A stretch of DNA of 64,000 nucleotides from an uncultured Alphaproteobacteria bacterium. GTDB taxonomy: Bacteria > Pseudomonadota > Alphaproteobacteria > Rhodobacterales > Rhodobacteraceae. Positions 9,268-19,196 of this stretch are shown in pieces. The translations under genes and the position numbers were made by a program. Each line of letters starts with the position of its first letter. Position 1 is the stretch's first letter. The notes beneath the pieces are model-generated. The model was given only the letters and a program-made list of their open reading frames with translations. It was not told where the DNA came from and made no database searches. The stretch spans positions 212,479 to 276,478 of the forward strand of contig CAVXHQ010000003.1 of NCBI GenBank assembly GCA_963761735.1, written 5' to 3'.

Positions 9268-10997
9268 GTCATGCCTCCGCCGCCGCGCGTCGCGGCGATT
9301 TCCTCGTGGTTCTTGACCATTTCCTTCAGAACTTCGTCCTTGGGGCCAAAGGCCCGCCGCGTGCCCGCCTCCATCACCAGAAGCATGTCGCATTCCTGAA
9401 TCGCCGCCGGGCGGTGCGCCATGATCAGGACGATGCGCCCCGCCTCCTTGAACGCCTTGATCGCGCCGTTCAGGGCCGACGATCCGTCGTTGTCGAGGTT
9501 CGAGTTCGGCTCGTCGAGGACCAGCATCACCGGATCGCCGTACATCGCGCGCGCCAGGCCGATACGCTGGATCTGGCCGCCCGACAGCCGGCCGCCGTTC
9601 GCGGTGACGCGGGTGTCGTAGCCGTCCGGCAGCTTGAGGATCATCTCGTGCGCGCCGGACCGTTTGGCGGCAAGAACCACGGCCGCGTCATCGGGTTCGG
9701 CGGACAGGCGGGCGACGTTGTCGCGGATCGTCCCGTCGAACAGGGCGACACGCTGCGGCAGATAGCCGATGTATTTGCCAAGCACGTCGGGCTCGTACTG
9801 ATCGAGGGCGGCGCCATCGAGGCGCACCTTGCCCGCCGCCGGCGTCAGAAACCCGGTAAGCGCCTTTGCCAGCGTCGATTTCCCCGCCCCGGAGGAGCCG
9901 ATGACGCCGACGGCCTGCCCCGGTTCGACGCTGAAACTCATCATCCGGATCGTCGCGGCCTGTTCGCCCGGCAGCACCACGGTGACCTGTTCGAGATCCA
10001 GCCTGCCTTTGGGCGCCGGCAGCGCGGTGCGGCCCGAATTTGCCGGTATCGCGCCAAGAAGGACCGACAGATTGCCCCAGGATTCGCGGGCCCGCTGAAA
10101 CATCGCCGATTGCCCGACGATGAGTTCGATGGGCGCCAGCGCGCGGCCCAGAAGGATGGATCCCGCGATCATCGCGCCCGGCGACATCTCGTTCTGAAGG
10201 ACCAGATAGGCCCCCAGACCCAGCATCGCCGATTGCAGGAACAGGCGCACCGCCTTGATCGAGCCGTTGAAACCGCCCGAGGTTTCGGTCGCGGCAAGCC
10301 CGGCCTCGAGGGATTTCGCCCGCGCGTGCTGCCAGCGCAGAAACGCGGCGCCGCGCATCCCAAGTGCGAGGATCAGTTCGGCCTCCTGCCGGATCTGGTT
10401 GCCGGTGATCTCGGCCTGCATCGTGGTGCGCGTCAGATCCTCGAGCGGGCGGCGCGAAGCGGACTGGTTCATGATCGCCAGAACGATCAGCAGCGCCGCG
10501 CCGGAAATGGCCAGATAACCCAGAACCGGATGGAACATGAAGATGCCGATAAAGAACAGCGGCGCGAAGGGCAGGTCGAAAACCGCCATCAGCGCGGGAG
10601 ACGCGATGAGCTTTTGCACCGATTCGAGGTCGCGCTGACCCGATTGCGCCTCGCGTTGGACGCCCGCAAGCGTCATGCCCCGGATCGAGGCGGAGAACAC
10701 CCGCTCGTCCAGCCGCGACTGAAACCGCGCCCCAAGACGGCCCATGATCCGGCCCCGCACGATATCGAGAATCCCCATCATCGTGTACAGGAACGCGACC
10801 AGAACCGAGAGCGCGATCAGCGTTTCGACGCTGCGCGAGCCCAGGACACGGTCATAGACGTTCAGCATATAGAGCGGCCCGGTCAGCATGAGCGCGTTCA
10901 CGAAAAAGCTGAACAACCCGACCGCCCAGAAACTGGGCCGGTTTGCTCTGCTTGCCGCGCGCAGCTCTTCGCTGCCCTGTGCCGACCGATCCGCCAT
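9264..10997 (-). CDS. type I secretion system permease/ATPase (PrtD/AprD type, no C39 peptidase domain)
   Basis: 577 aa. Six-TM domain FSFFVNALMLTGPLYMLNVYDRVL, Walker A GSSGAGKST, signature LSGGQIQR, Walker B LVLDEP. Confidence 0.85.
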   Translation of the reverse strand: MADRSAQGSEELRAASRANRPSFWAVGLFSFFVNALMLTGPLYMLNVYDRVLGSRSVETLIALSVLVAFLYTMMGILDIVRGRIMGRLGARFQSRLDERVFSASIRGMTLAGVQREAQSGQRDLESVQKLIASPALMAVFDLPFAPLFFIGIFMFHPVLGYLAISGAALLIVLAIMNQSASRRPLEDLTRTTMQAEITGNQIRQEAELILALGMRGAAFLRWQHARAKSLEAGLAATETSGGFNGSIKAVRLFLQSAMLGLGAYLVLQNEMSPGAMIAGSILLGRALAPIELIVGQSAMFQRARESWGNLSVLLGAIPANSGRTALPAPKGRLDLEQVTVVLPGEQAATIRMMSFSVEPGQAVGVIGSSGAGKSTLAKALTGFLTPAAGKVRLDGAALDQYEPDVLGKYIGYLPQRVALFDGTIRDNVARLSAEPDDAAVVLAAKRSGAHEMILKLPDGYDTRVTANGGRLSGGQIQRIGLARAMYGDPVMLVLDEPNSNLDNDGSSALNGAIKAFKEAGRIVLIMAHRPAAIQECDMLLVMEAGTRRAFGPKDEVLKEMVKNHEEIAATRGGGGMT

Positions 10998-11344
10998 TGC
11001 GTGTTATGCCTTGTCCCCGTCGATCTGCGCCGTTCTATCCCACGCAGTCAAACAAATCATGAAATACCTGCCGACCGATACACCGGCTGCGCAGAAGAGA
11101 ACTCTCCTGCGGAGGAATGGCCAGTCTGCATTCCACTACCCCAACGTCAAAACACATCATTGCGCGTTTTGGGCGACAGACCCGCCGTGCCTATGCCCGT
11201 GCGGCCCGCCGCGCCGTTGCCGCGCCGACTGCGTTTGCCGTCCGCGGCGATGCGGCGGACCGGGCCCCGCCCATGGCCGGGCGGACGCCCCCGCAAACCT
11301 AGTAGAAAACATTCCGGCGAGGAGAAATCCGGCACGCCGCGCCG

Positions 11345-13556
11345 TCAGTTGCCGTTCAGGATGTTGTTGAGCACGGAATTGATGTCGCCCGCCGGGGCTG
11401 TCCGAGGCGCGGGTTGCGGCGCGCCGAAGGCGTCCTGCAAGGCGCGGTCGACGGCAGGCGAGGTGACGTTGTCGGAGGCGGCGGTCGCCTGAAAACCGGA
11501 CGTCGCGGCGCCGGGCTGTTGCATCGGCAGCGGCGAGACCGGCTGGCCGCCCAGAACGCCCTGCATCGTCTGACGGAAAATCTCGGCGGGCAGGCCGCCG
11601 CCGGTGATGCCGGTCAGGGGGCGGTTGTCGTCATGGCCCATCCAGACGCCGACGACGTAATCGCCCGAAAAGCCGATGAACCATGCATCGCGGTAGGCGC
11701 TCGTGGTGCCGGTCTTGCCCGCGATCTGCACGCCGTCGATGCGCGCGCGGCCGCCTGTACCGTCCTCGACGACGTTGTACATCATCCACGTCAGCTGGCG
11801 CGCGGCCTCTTCGCGGATCACCCGTTCGCCGATCCCGCCGGTGGTTTCCATGACGGGGGCATCGTCGCCCAGAAAGCTGAGATCGATCATGCCGTAGGGC
11901 GTGACCGACGAGCCGCCGTTGAGGATGCCCGCGTAGGCGCCCGTCATTTCGATCAGCGTCGATTCCGAGGCCCCGAGGGCAAGGGCGGGACCGGCGGCAA
12001 GGTCGGACGCGATGCCGAACATTTCCGCCACCGTGCGCACGTTGTCGAGGCCGACGTCCATCGCAAGCTCGACGGTGGGGACGTTGCGGCTGCCGCGCAG
12101 GGCGTCGGCAAGGGTGATCGGGCCCGACGAACCGGTTGTCGTAGTTCGAGGGAGACCACGGGCCGGACCCGGGGATGTCGATGGTGATCGGCCGGTCGTC
12201 GTAGACGTCGTAGGGCGAGGCGCCAAGATCGAGAGCGGCGGCATAGACGAAGGGTTTGAACGACGATCCGGTCTGCCGCAGCGCCTGCGTCGCGCGGTTG
12301 AACGCGAACGACGCGCCGACGTCGCGCCCGCCGACCATGGCACGCACCGCGCCGTCGGCGGACATCACGACGATGGCGCCTTGCGCCTCGGATTCCCCGC
12401 TCACATCCTCGCGGAAAACGTTCAGCAGCGCGTTTTCCGCCGCCGTCTGGATGCGCGGATCGAGCGTGGTGCGGATGATCACGTCCTCGGTCGTGTCCTG
12501 GGTGAAGAAATCGGGGCCGGTTTCCATGACGTAATCGGCGAAATAGCCGCCGGCCGACTGGGAGGCCGCGGCGGACAGGGTGGCGGGGTTGGACAGCGCA
12601 TCGGCGGCGGCGGCGGCGGAGAGGTATTGCTGTTCTTCCATCAGGCGGACGACGATTGCCGCACGGTCCTGCGAGCGTTGCAGGTTCGATGTGGGGGCCA
12701 GCGTCGAGGGCGCCTTGAGCAGCCCGGCAAGCATCGCGGCCTGCGCCGGGCTCACCTCCGCCGACGAGATGCCGAAATAGCGTTGCGACGCGGCCTCGAA
12801 CCCGCGCGAGCCTGCGCCGAGGTAGGCGCGGTTGAGGTAGATGGTGAGGATCTCCTCCTTGGAATAGGACACCTCCATCGCCATCGCGAAGACCATTTCC
12901 TGCACCTTGCGCCACAGGGTCGTGCGGCGGCAGTCGGCCTCGTACTCGGTCTCGTTCTCCCACTGGCTGGGGACGTAGGGTCGGCCAAGGCACAGCAGTT
13001 TCGCGGTCTGCTGGGTGATCGTCGAGCCGCCGTTGCCCGACAGCGGTCCGCGTCCCTCGCGCAGGTTGATGCGGATCGCGGACGCGATGCCTTGCGGATC
13101 GACGCCCGGATGCCAGTAAAAGCGCCGGTCTTCGGTGGCGACGACGGCGTTGCGCAGGTGTTCGGACACGGTCTGCGTCGTGATCATCCCGCCGTACTGG
13201 TCGCCGCGCCAGGCGAAGGTCTCGCCGTACCGGTCGAGCAGCGTGACAGAGCCTCGGGCACGGCCATCCACCAGATCCTCGATCGCGGGCAGTTTCGTTG
13301 CGTAATACAGCACGCCGCCCGCAAGGATGACGCTGGTGACGAAGGCAAGACGCCAGCCGATGCCCCAGATCGTGCGGAATATGCCGCGCACAAAGGCGGC
13401 AAGCAGGCCAAGGATGCCCCGGCGACGTGGGCGCGCGGGCTTTTTGCGGCGCCGTGCCCGGGGGGTGGATTTCGCCGCCGGTTTCGGCTTTGCCGTCCCG
13501 CCACGATAGCGCCGGTCGGCCACCAGAGGTGTGCTTTTCTTTCCCGAACCGCTCAT
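11345..13556 (-). pseudogene. class A penicillin-binding protein (PBP1A family), reading frame broken by a 1-nt insertion
   Basis: GT51 motifs EDRRFYWHPGVD and GGSTITQQ. Transpeptidase motifs SSFKP and KTGTT. ORF 11631..13556 reads ...SNYDNRFVGPDHP, and ORF 11345..12343 continues GPITLADALRGSRNVP. Total length is 2212 nt = 3n+1. Confidence 0.85.
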
Positions 13557-13860
13557 ATTGGCCTCATGTCCTGCAACAGCCTCATACCGGGCGGGTAATC
13601 GAGGCCTCGTGCCCGTTCGGGCGTTTTGCGCAGCTTAACAGAATCCACGGGTGAAAGTAGAGGGGCCAAAATGCGGCACCGCCGATTCCGATGCGCCCGA
13701 AAATCAGGCATGTGCCATATTACGCTTAATGTTTGGGCATTAACGATGCGACGGCAATTTGCCTGCCCGCCGTTCCCTTGATCCCGGCGCGGCCTGCGTC
13801 CCTTGCTGCCTCAACTGCCGGCACTGCAACGCCGCAGGACCATTAGCGAGGGACGAAGAC

Positions 13861-14199
13861 GTGAAGTTCATCATCGCAACGATCAAGCCGTTCAAGCTCG
13901 AGGAGGTGCGCGAGGCGCTCACCACACTTGGCGTGCGCGGCATGATGGTGACCGAGATCAAGGGCTTCGGCTCTCAGTCCGGGCATACCGAAATCTACCG
14001 GGGCGCGGAATACGCGGTCAACTTCGTCCCCAAGATCAAGCTCGAGATCGTGGTGCCCGACAGCATGGCCGAACAGGTCGTGCAGGCCATCGCGACCACG
14101 GCAAAGACCGGCAAAATCGGCGACGGCAAGATATTCGTGCTCGATGCCGAAAGCGCACTGCGCGTCCGGACCGGCGAAATCAACGACGACGCGCTCTGA
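13861..14199 (+). CDS. glnK: nitrogen regulatory protein P-II
   Basis: GTG start after GAGGGA. 112 aa: KFIIATIKPFKLEEVREAL...GFGSQSGHTEIYRGAEY (T-loop)...GDGKIFV. Directly upstream of amtB. Confidence 0.85.
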   Translation: MKFIIATIKPFKLEEVREALTTLGVRGMMVTEIKGFGSQSGHTEIYRGAEYAVNFVPKIKLEIVVPDSMAEQVVQAIATTAKTGKIGDGKIFVLDAESALRVRTGEINDDAL

Positions 14200-14225
14200 G
14201 CGGACGTAAGGAAGGAGTGGAATTT

Positions 14226-15692
14226 ATGAAGAACCTTAAAAACCTGCTCGCGGTGCTGATGTTGGCATTGTTCGCGAGCTTTGCAGTCACCACCGGTGCG
14301 GTGGCCCAGGATACACCGGCCGAAGAGACGACCGGCGATGCGGTAGCCGCCGAAGAAGCCGAGGCCGTCGCGGACGATGTGGCCGCTGAAATCGCCGCCC
14401 AGGAAGCCGGCCACGTGGCCGGTATCGATGCCGCCACGGACAGCGTCTTTATCCTCAACAGCCTGCTGTTCCTCGTGGGCGGTTTCCTCGTGTTCTGGAT
14501 GGCGGCCGGTTTTGCCATGCTCGAGGGCGGCCTCGTGCGGTCCAAGAACGTGACGATGCAGATGACCAAGAACATCTCGTTGTTCTCGCTGGCCGCCGTC
14601 GCCTATTATCTCGTCGGCTATAACCTGATGTACCCGCTTGGGTCCTGGTCGGTCGGAACGGACGAGACGGGCGGCTATCTCGGCATCCTGTTTGCGCCCG
14701 CCGTCCTCGAGGCCGTGGGCATCGGCCGTGAGGCCGCCGACGATTACGGCTATGCCTCCACCGGATCGGATTTCTTCTTTCAGCTGATGTTCTGTGCCGC
14801 CACGGCGTCCATCGTCTCCGGTGCGCTGGCCGAGCGGATCAAGCTGTGGCCGTTCCTGATCTTCACGGTCATCCTCACCGCGTTCATCTATCCCATTCAG
14901 GCCTCCTGGAAATGGGGCGGCGGGTTCCTCGATACGCAATACGGCTTCCTCGACTTTGCGGGTTCGACCGTCGTGCACTCTGTCGGTGGCTGGGCAGCTC
15001 TTGTCGGCGCAATCATCCTCGGGCCGCGAATCGGTAAATACGCCAAGGACGGCCGGGTCGTGCCGATGCTGGGTTCCAACCTGCAAATGGCGACGCTGGG
15101 GACGTTCATCCTGTGGCTCGGCTGGTTCGGCTTCAACGGCGGATCGCAGCTGGCGATGGGCACCGTCGGCGATGTCGGCGATATCAGCCGGATCTTTGCC
15201 AACACCAACACGGCGGCGGCGGGCGGTGCCATCGCGGCGCTGGTCCTGACGCAGCTGCTCTACAAGAAAGCCGACCTGACGATGATCCTGAACGGCGCGC
15301 TTGCCGGTCTGGTGTCGATCACCGCAGAGCCGCTGACGCCGACCCTCGGCATGGCGACCCTGATCGGTGCCGTCGGCGGCGTGATCGTGGTCTTCGCGGT
15401 GCCGATGCTCGACAAGCTCAGGATTGACGACGTCGTCGGCGCCATCCCGGTGCACCTGTTCGCCGGGATCTGGGGCACGATGGCGGTCCTACTGACGAAC
15501 TCGGACGCAACCTTCATGGGCCAGCTGATCCCGATCCTGATCGTCGCGGCCTTCGTCATCGTGACGAGCGCGGTCGTCTGGATCATCCTCAAAGGGGTGA
15601 TGGGGATCCGTGTCAGCGAAGAGGCCGAGATCATGGGTCTCGACACGGCGGAACTGGGCATGGAGGCCTATCCCGACTTTACCCGCAACTAG
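14226..15692 (+). CDS. amtB: ammonium transporter
   Basis: Signal peptide plus Amt signature AGFAMLEGGLVRSKN, FAGSTVVHSVGGWAAL, GFNGGS, VHLFAGIWG; 488 aa. Confidence 0.9.
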   Translation: MKNLKNLLAVLMLALFASFAVTTGAVAQDTPAEETTGDAVAAEEAEAVADDVAAEIAAQEAGHVAGIDAATDSVFILNSLLFLVGGFLVFWMAAGFAMLEGGLVRSKNVTMQMTKNISLFSLAAVAYYLVGYNLMYPLGSWSVGTDETGGYLGILFAPAVLEAVGIGREAADDYGYASTGSDFFFQLMFCAATASIVSGALAERIKLWPFLIFTVILTAFIYPIQASWKWGGGFLDTQYGFLDFAGSTVVHSVGGWAALVGAIILGPRIGKYAKDGRVVPMLGSNLQMATLGTFILWLGWFGFNGGSQLAMGTVGDVGDISRIFANTNTAAAGGAIAALVLTQLLYKKADLTMILNGALAGLVSITAEPLTPTLGMATLIGAVGGVIVVFAVPMLDKLRIDDVVGAIPVHLFAGIWGTMAVLLTNSDATFMGQLIPILIVAAFVIVTSAVVWIILKGVMGIRVSEEAEIMGLDTAELGMEAYPDFTRN

Positions 15693-15770
15693 GCCCGTCG
15701 TCGCCCGGAACCAGGACCGGTCCGGCCGGCCCCGCGCCAACCGGTGTCCCGGGTCTGTCCCTGAAAAATG

Positions 15771-15806
15771 ACGCCGCCTCTGTTCCCGGAGGCGGCGTTG
15801 TACGTT
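15771..15806 (+). terminator. intrinsic terminator after amtB
   Basis: ACGCCGCCTC-tgttcccg-GAGGCGGCGT, a perfect 10-bp stem, followed by TGTACGTTT. Confidence 0.6.
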
Positions 15807-16117
15807 TCGGCACCCGATCGCGGCACTCGATGAGGTCACCCTCGTGGCCGCCCGTCGGTCTCTCGACGTCGCGCCGTCCGTGAGATCCATCCCTGCGCAT
15901 TTGCACCGGCCACCCCCCCCGTATGCGGCAGTATCGCACGCCGCGAGGTAGCCGTGGCCCCAGATCTACGCTCCCAAGGCGGAAAGGCGCAGTTTCGTGC
16001 GGTGGGACTGGCGGGTCGACTGCACGGATCGCCCGAAACCCTGTCCCGGATACGGCACAGGCTCCCGCGGAACGGTCGTCTCCAATGCCGAAAGCAGAAG
16101 GCCGGACTTGCCTCTAC

Positions 16118-16165
16118 CTTAGAATCGTTCTAAAGATTGACAAACGGCGTCGCAGGGCGCATATT
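16118..16165 (+). promoter_or_regulatory. Irr/ICE-type palindrome abutting a sigma70-like promoter of the nifU-family gene
   Basis: CTTAGAA-tcg-TTCTAAAG (16118-16135) fits TTTAGAA-N3-TTCTAAA. TTGACA (16137-16142), then N17, then CATATT (16160-16165). ATG at 16195. Confidence 0.5.
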
Positions 16166-16194
16166 CATATTCCCGACAGAAAAGGTAGGCCAAC

Positions 16195-16755
16195 ATGTTC
16201 ATCCAGACCGAATCCACCCCGAACCCGGCCACGTTGAAATTCCTGCCCGGGCAGAGCGTGCTGGACGCCGGCACCGCCGATTTCGGCAGTACCGAGGCGG
16301 CGGCATCCTCGCCGCTCGCGTCGCGGATCTTTGCCGTCTCAGGCGTGACGGGCGTGTTCTTCGGCACCGATTTCGTCACCGTCACCAAAGACGACGCAAC
16401 CCAGTGGGACCACATCAAACCCGCCATCCTCGGCGCGGTGATGGAGCATTATCAGTCCGGCGCCCCCGTCATCGAAGGCGCTCAGGCGGCCTCTGGCCAT
16501 GCCGAGCATGAGGGCGAAGACGGCGCCATCGTCGACCAGATCAAGGAACTGCTCGACACCCGCGTCCGCCCCGCCGTCGCACAGGACGGCGGCGACATCA
16601 CCTTTCACGGGTTCGATCGCGGCGTCGTCTACCTGCACATGCAGGGCGCCTGCGCGGGTTGCCCCTCGTCGACGCTGACCCTGAAAATGGGGATCGAGAA
16701 CCTGTTGCGCCACTATATCCCCGAGGTCGTCGAAGTGCGCCCCGTCGCCGCCTGA
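16195..16755 (+). CDS. NifU-family Fe-S cluster scaffold/carrier (Nfu-N plus NifU C-terminal domain)
   Basis: MFIQTESTPNPATLKF (Nfu_N domain) and C-terminal GACAGCPSSTLTLK CxxC motif. Confidence 0.85.
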   Translation: MFIQTESTPNPATLKFLPGQSVLDAGTADFGSTEAAASSPLASRIFAVSGVTGVFFGTDFVTVTKDDATQWDHIKPAILGAVMEHYQSGAPVIEGAQAASGHAEHEGEDGAIVDQIKELLDTRVRPAVAQDGGDITFHGFDRGVVYLHMQGACAGCPSSTLTLKMGIENLLRHYIPEVVEVRPVAA

Positions 16756-16768
16756 GCGCACCCGCAAG

Positions 16769-17470
16769 GTGACCGGGCCCGTGATCCTCGCCTTTGACAC
16801 GTCGCAGGCGCATTGCGCGGCGGCGATCACAGGGGGGCCGGACGGCATGACACATCGCACCGAAGCGATGGCCAAGGGTCAGGCCGAGCGCCTGATGCCT
16901 CTGACCGAAGAGCTTCTGGCCGATGCGGGGGTTGTCTGGAGCGGTCTTGACGCAATTGCCGTCGGCGTCGGACCGGGCAACTTTACGGGCATCCGCATCG
17001 CCGTTTCCGCCGCGCGCGGTCTGGCGCTGGGCCTTGGCATCCCCGCCATCGGCGTGTCGAATTTCGAGGTGCTGCGGGGCGCGAACACGCTGCTGGACAA
17101 GCGCCCGCACCTCGTCAGCCTTCCGGGGCCACGACTCGGCAATTATCTGCAGATGTTCCGGGATGGGCGGCCCGCAGGGCCCGCCCGGTCCATTGAGGTT
17201 GGCGTGACCGATCTGTCGGACATCGATCCGGCTGGCGATGCCGAGGTGTTGGGAGACCGGGCCGCGGAAATCGCTGTTCTGTCGTCCGGGCGCGCCGGTC
17301 CACGACCGTGGTGCGATGCCACCCTGACGGACGTTGCGCAAACCATTGCACTGATTGCCGCCGCCAAATGGCAGGCTGGCGCGCGCGGCGAAATCCGCCC
17401 CGCCCCCCTGTACGTGCGCGCTGCGGATGCCGCGCCGCCGCGTGATCCCGCCCCTGTCGTGCTGCCGTGA
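16769..17470 (+). CDS. tsaB: tRNA t6A37 biosynthesis protein TsaB
   Basis: GTG start. ILAFDTS...GLDAIAVGVGPGNFTGIRIAVSAARGLALGLGIP signature. Confidence 0.8.
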   Translation: MTGPVILAFDTSQAHCAAAITGGPDGMTHRTEAMAKGQAERLMPLTEELLADAGVVWSGLDAIAVGVGPGNFTGIRIAVSAARGLALGLGIPAIGVSNFEVLRGANTLLDKRPHLVSLPGPRLGNYLQMFRDGRPAGPARSIEVGVTDLSDIDPAGDAEVLGDRAAEIAVLSSGRAGPRPWCDATLTDVAQTIALIAAAKWQAGARGEIRPAPLYVRAADAAPPRDPAPVVLP

Positions 17471-17922
17471 CACGCGCCACGGCCCACGCCCTTGCCCAGA
17501 CCCACGCCGCCGCCAGCGACCGGGACAGGCCCTGGTCGGCGGCGGAATTTACCGCACTGCTTGCGACGCCCGGCGCCTTTGCGACCGGCGATGCGGTGGC
17601 CTTCGTGCTGGGCCGGGTGACCCTCGACGAGGCCGAGATCCTGACGCTGGCCTGCCATCCCGATTACCGGCGCCAGGGCCGGGCGCGCGCCGCACTGGCC
17701 GAATTCGCCGATGCCGCATCCGGCCGGGGTGCCGTGCGGGTCTTCCTCGACGTGGCCGAGGACAACACCGCCGCCCGCGCCCTGTACGACGCTGCCGGAT
17801 TTACCCTTGTCGGCCGTCGTCCGGGCTATTTCGCGCGCAGCGGCGGGGCCGTTGCCGCACTGGTGATGGCGCGCGACCTTTCGGCCGGCACCGACGCTCA
17901 ATTCCAAAGCAGTTCGCACTGA
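17467..17922 (+). CDS. rimI: ribosomal-protein-alanine N-acetyltransferase (GNAT)
   Basis: GTGA overlap with tsaB. EILTLACHPDYRRQGRARAAL...LDVAEDNTAARALYDAAGF acetyl-CoA binding motif. Confidence 0.8.
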   Translation: MTRATAHALAQTHAAASDRDRPWSAAEFTALLATPGAFATGDAVAFVLGRVTLDEAEILTLACHPDYRRQGRARAALAEFADAASGRGAVRVFLDVAEDNTAARALYDAAGFTLVGRRPGYFARSGGAVAALVMARDLSAGTDAQFQSSSH

Positions 17923-18100
17923 ACGCAGCGCCGATGGCCCGGCCTGCGGACAGAAACCGGTTGACCCCGCCGTGCCCGCATTGCCTTATCCTCGGGCATC
18001 GGGTCGCGCTGGCCCGGGATGCGGCGCGCGGAATGCCTCCTTGGGGGTGCCCCCGCCCGCGGCGCAGAAGACCAATAGACGAAACCCTGGGAGAGACACG

Positions 18101-19096
18101 ATGACCCTCATGAAATCCATTCTCGGCTCTGCCGCAGCCCTCGCGCTCAGCGCCGGTTCCGTGCTGGCCGAACCTGCGCTGATCTTCGATCTTGGCGGCA
18201 AGTTCGACAAATCCTTCAACGAAAGCGCGTTCAACGGGGCGACCCGCTGGGCCGAGGAAACCGGCGGCACCTTCGCCGAGATCGAGCTCACCTCGGACGC
18301 GCAGCGCGAACAGGCCCTGCGCCGTTTCGCCGAGGCCGGAAACACACCCATCGTCATGGCGGGCTTTGCATTCTCGAGCGTGCTCGACAGCCTGGCGGGC
18401 GACTATCCCGACACCGATTTCGTCATCATCGACGGTTTCGTCGAGCAGCCGAACGTCACCACGGTCCTGTTCGACGAGCACACCGGCTCCTACCTTGTGG
18501 GCATGATGGCCGCGATGGCATCCGAGACCGGCACCGTGTCCTTCGTCGGCGGCATGGACATCCCGCTGATCCGCCGCTTCGGCTGCGGCTATGCGCAGGG
18601 CGCCATGGCGGCCAACCCCGACATCACCGTCATCGCCAACATGACCGGCACCGATCCCTCGGCCTGGAACGATCCGGTCAAGGGATCCGAACTGACGCTG
18701 GCGCAGATCGGCCAGGGATCCGACGTGGTGTTCGCCGCTGCCGGGGCGACCGGTGTGGGCGTGTTGCAGACCGCCGCCGACGAGGACATCCTGTCGATCG
18801 GCGTCGACGCCAACCAGAACTACCTGCACCCCGGTCAGGTCCTGACGTCGATGCTCAAGCGGGTCGACAATGCCGTCTTCGAGGCGATGAGCGAGAGCGA
18901 CGTGCTCGCCCCCGGCATCAACGTCATGGGCATCGCCAACGAAGGCGTGGGCTATGCGCTGGACGAGAACAACGCCGGGCTGGTGAGCGCCGAAATGCAG
19001 GAAGCCGTCGATGCGGCTGCGGCACAGATCGTGTCCGGCGAGATCGTGGTGCACGACTACATGTCCGACGAGACCTGCCCCGGCCTGGAATTCTGA
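18101..19096 (+). CDS. BMP-family (PnrA/Med-like) ABC transporter substrate-binding protein, nucleoside type
   Basis: Signal peptide, then DKSFNESAFNGA..., GFAFS, IIDG, VSFVGGMDIPLIRRF.GY.QGA motifs. Confidence 0.85.
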   Translation: MTLMKSILGSAAALALSAGSVLAEPALIFDLGGKFDKSFNESAFNGATRWAEETGGTFAEIELTSDAQREQALRRFAEAGNTPIVMAGFAFSSVLDSLAGDYPDTDFVIIDGFVEQPNVTTVLFDEHTGSYLVGMMAAMASETGTVSFVGGMDIPLIRRFGCGYAQGAMAANPDITVIANMTGTDPSAWNDPVKGSELTLAQIGQGSDVVFAAAGATGVGVLQTAADEDILSIGVDANQNYLHPGQVLTSMLKRVDNAVFEAMSESDVLAPGINVMGIANEGVGYALDENNAGLVSAEMQEAVDAAAAQIVSGEIVVHDYMSDETCPGLEF

Positions 19097-19196
19097 GGCA
19101 CCCCCCCAGGCCATGAATGACACAGGGGCCGCGCTGTTTATGCAGCGCGGCCCTTTGCGATATGACCCTTTCGCCAACACAGAACGGAGTTTCGCC

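Noticed and set aside
10998-11344. Small ORFs in the gap upstream of the T1SS genes (for example 11147..11335 minus strand and 11117..11302 plus strand), considered as secretion substrates.
   Set aside because: The translations are Arg/Pro/Gly-rich with no RBS. They have no Gly-rich repeats and no C-terminal secretion-signal character. They look like non-coding G+C-rich DNA.
9306-11492. Very long ORFs antisense to well-supported genes. Examples: 9306..11492 (728 aa), 53705..56431 (908 aa), 20926..22878 (650 aa), 25181..26977 (598 aa), 27323..29212 (629 aa), 39380..41281 (633 aa), 59028..60713 (561 aa).
   Set aside because: These are shadow ORFs typical of high-G+C DNA. Their translations are Arg/Gly/His/Asp-rich low-complexity sequence with no family motifs, and the opposite strand carries canonical proteins (T1SS ABC, SucA, permeases, SdhA, LpdA).
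13753-13766. Sigma54-like GG-N10-GC element (CGGCAATTTGCCTGC) about 95 nt upstream of glnK.
   Set aside because: It is a single weak match: the -24 element is GGCAAT rather than TGGCAC. As far as I recall, Rhodobacter NtrC activates its targets through the housekeeping sigma factor rather than RpoN. I found no convincing NtrC palindrome.
13803-15692. 629-aa ORF spanning glnK and amtB, and similarly the 472-aa ORF 24773..26191 spanning the TauE gene and the next gene.
   Set aside because: The upstream parts are out-of-frame read-through with nonsense-like sequence. Clear internal starts with RBS (14226 and 25442) give normal-length AmtB and TIGR02186 proteins.
15807-16117. About 300 bp of non-coding sequence between the amtB terminator and the nifU promoter, inspected for tRNA or sRNA genes.
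   Set aside because: I found no tRNA-like T-arm or anticodon architecture and no promoter-plus-terminator pair. Only a C8 run (15913-15920) stands out. I cannot support a feature without covariance searches.
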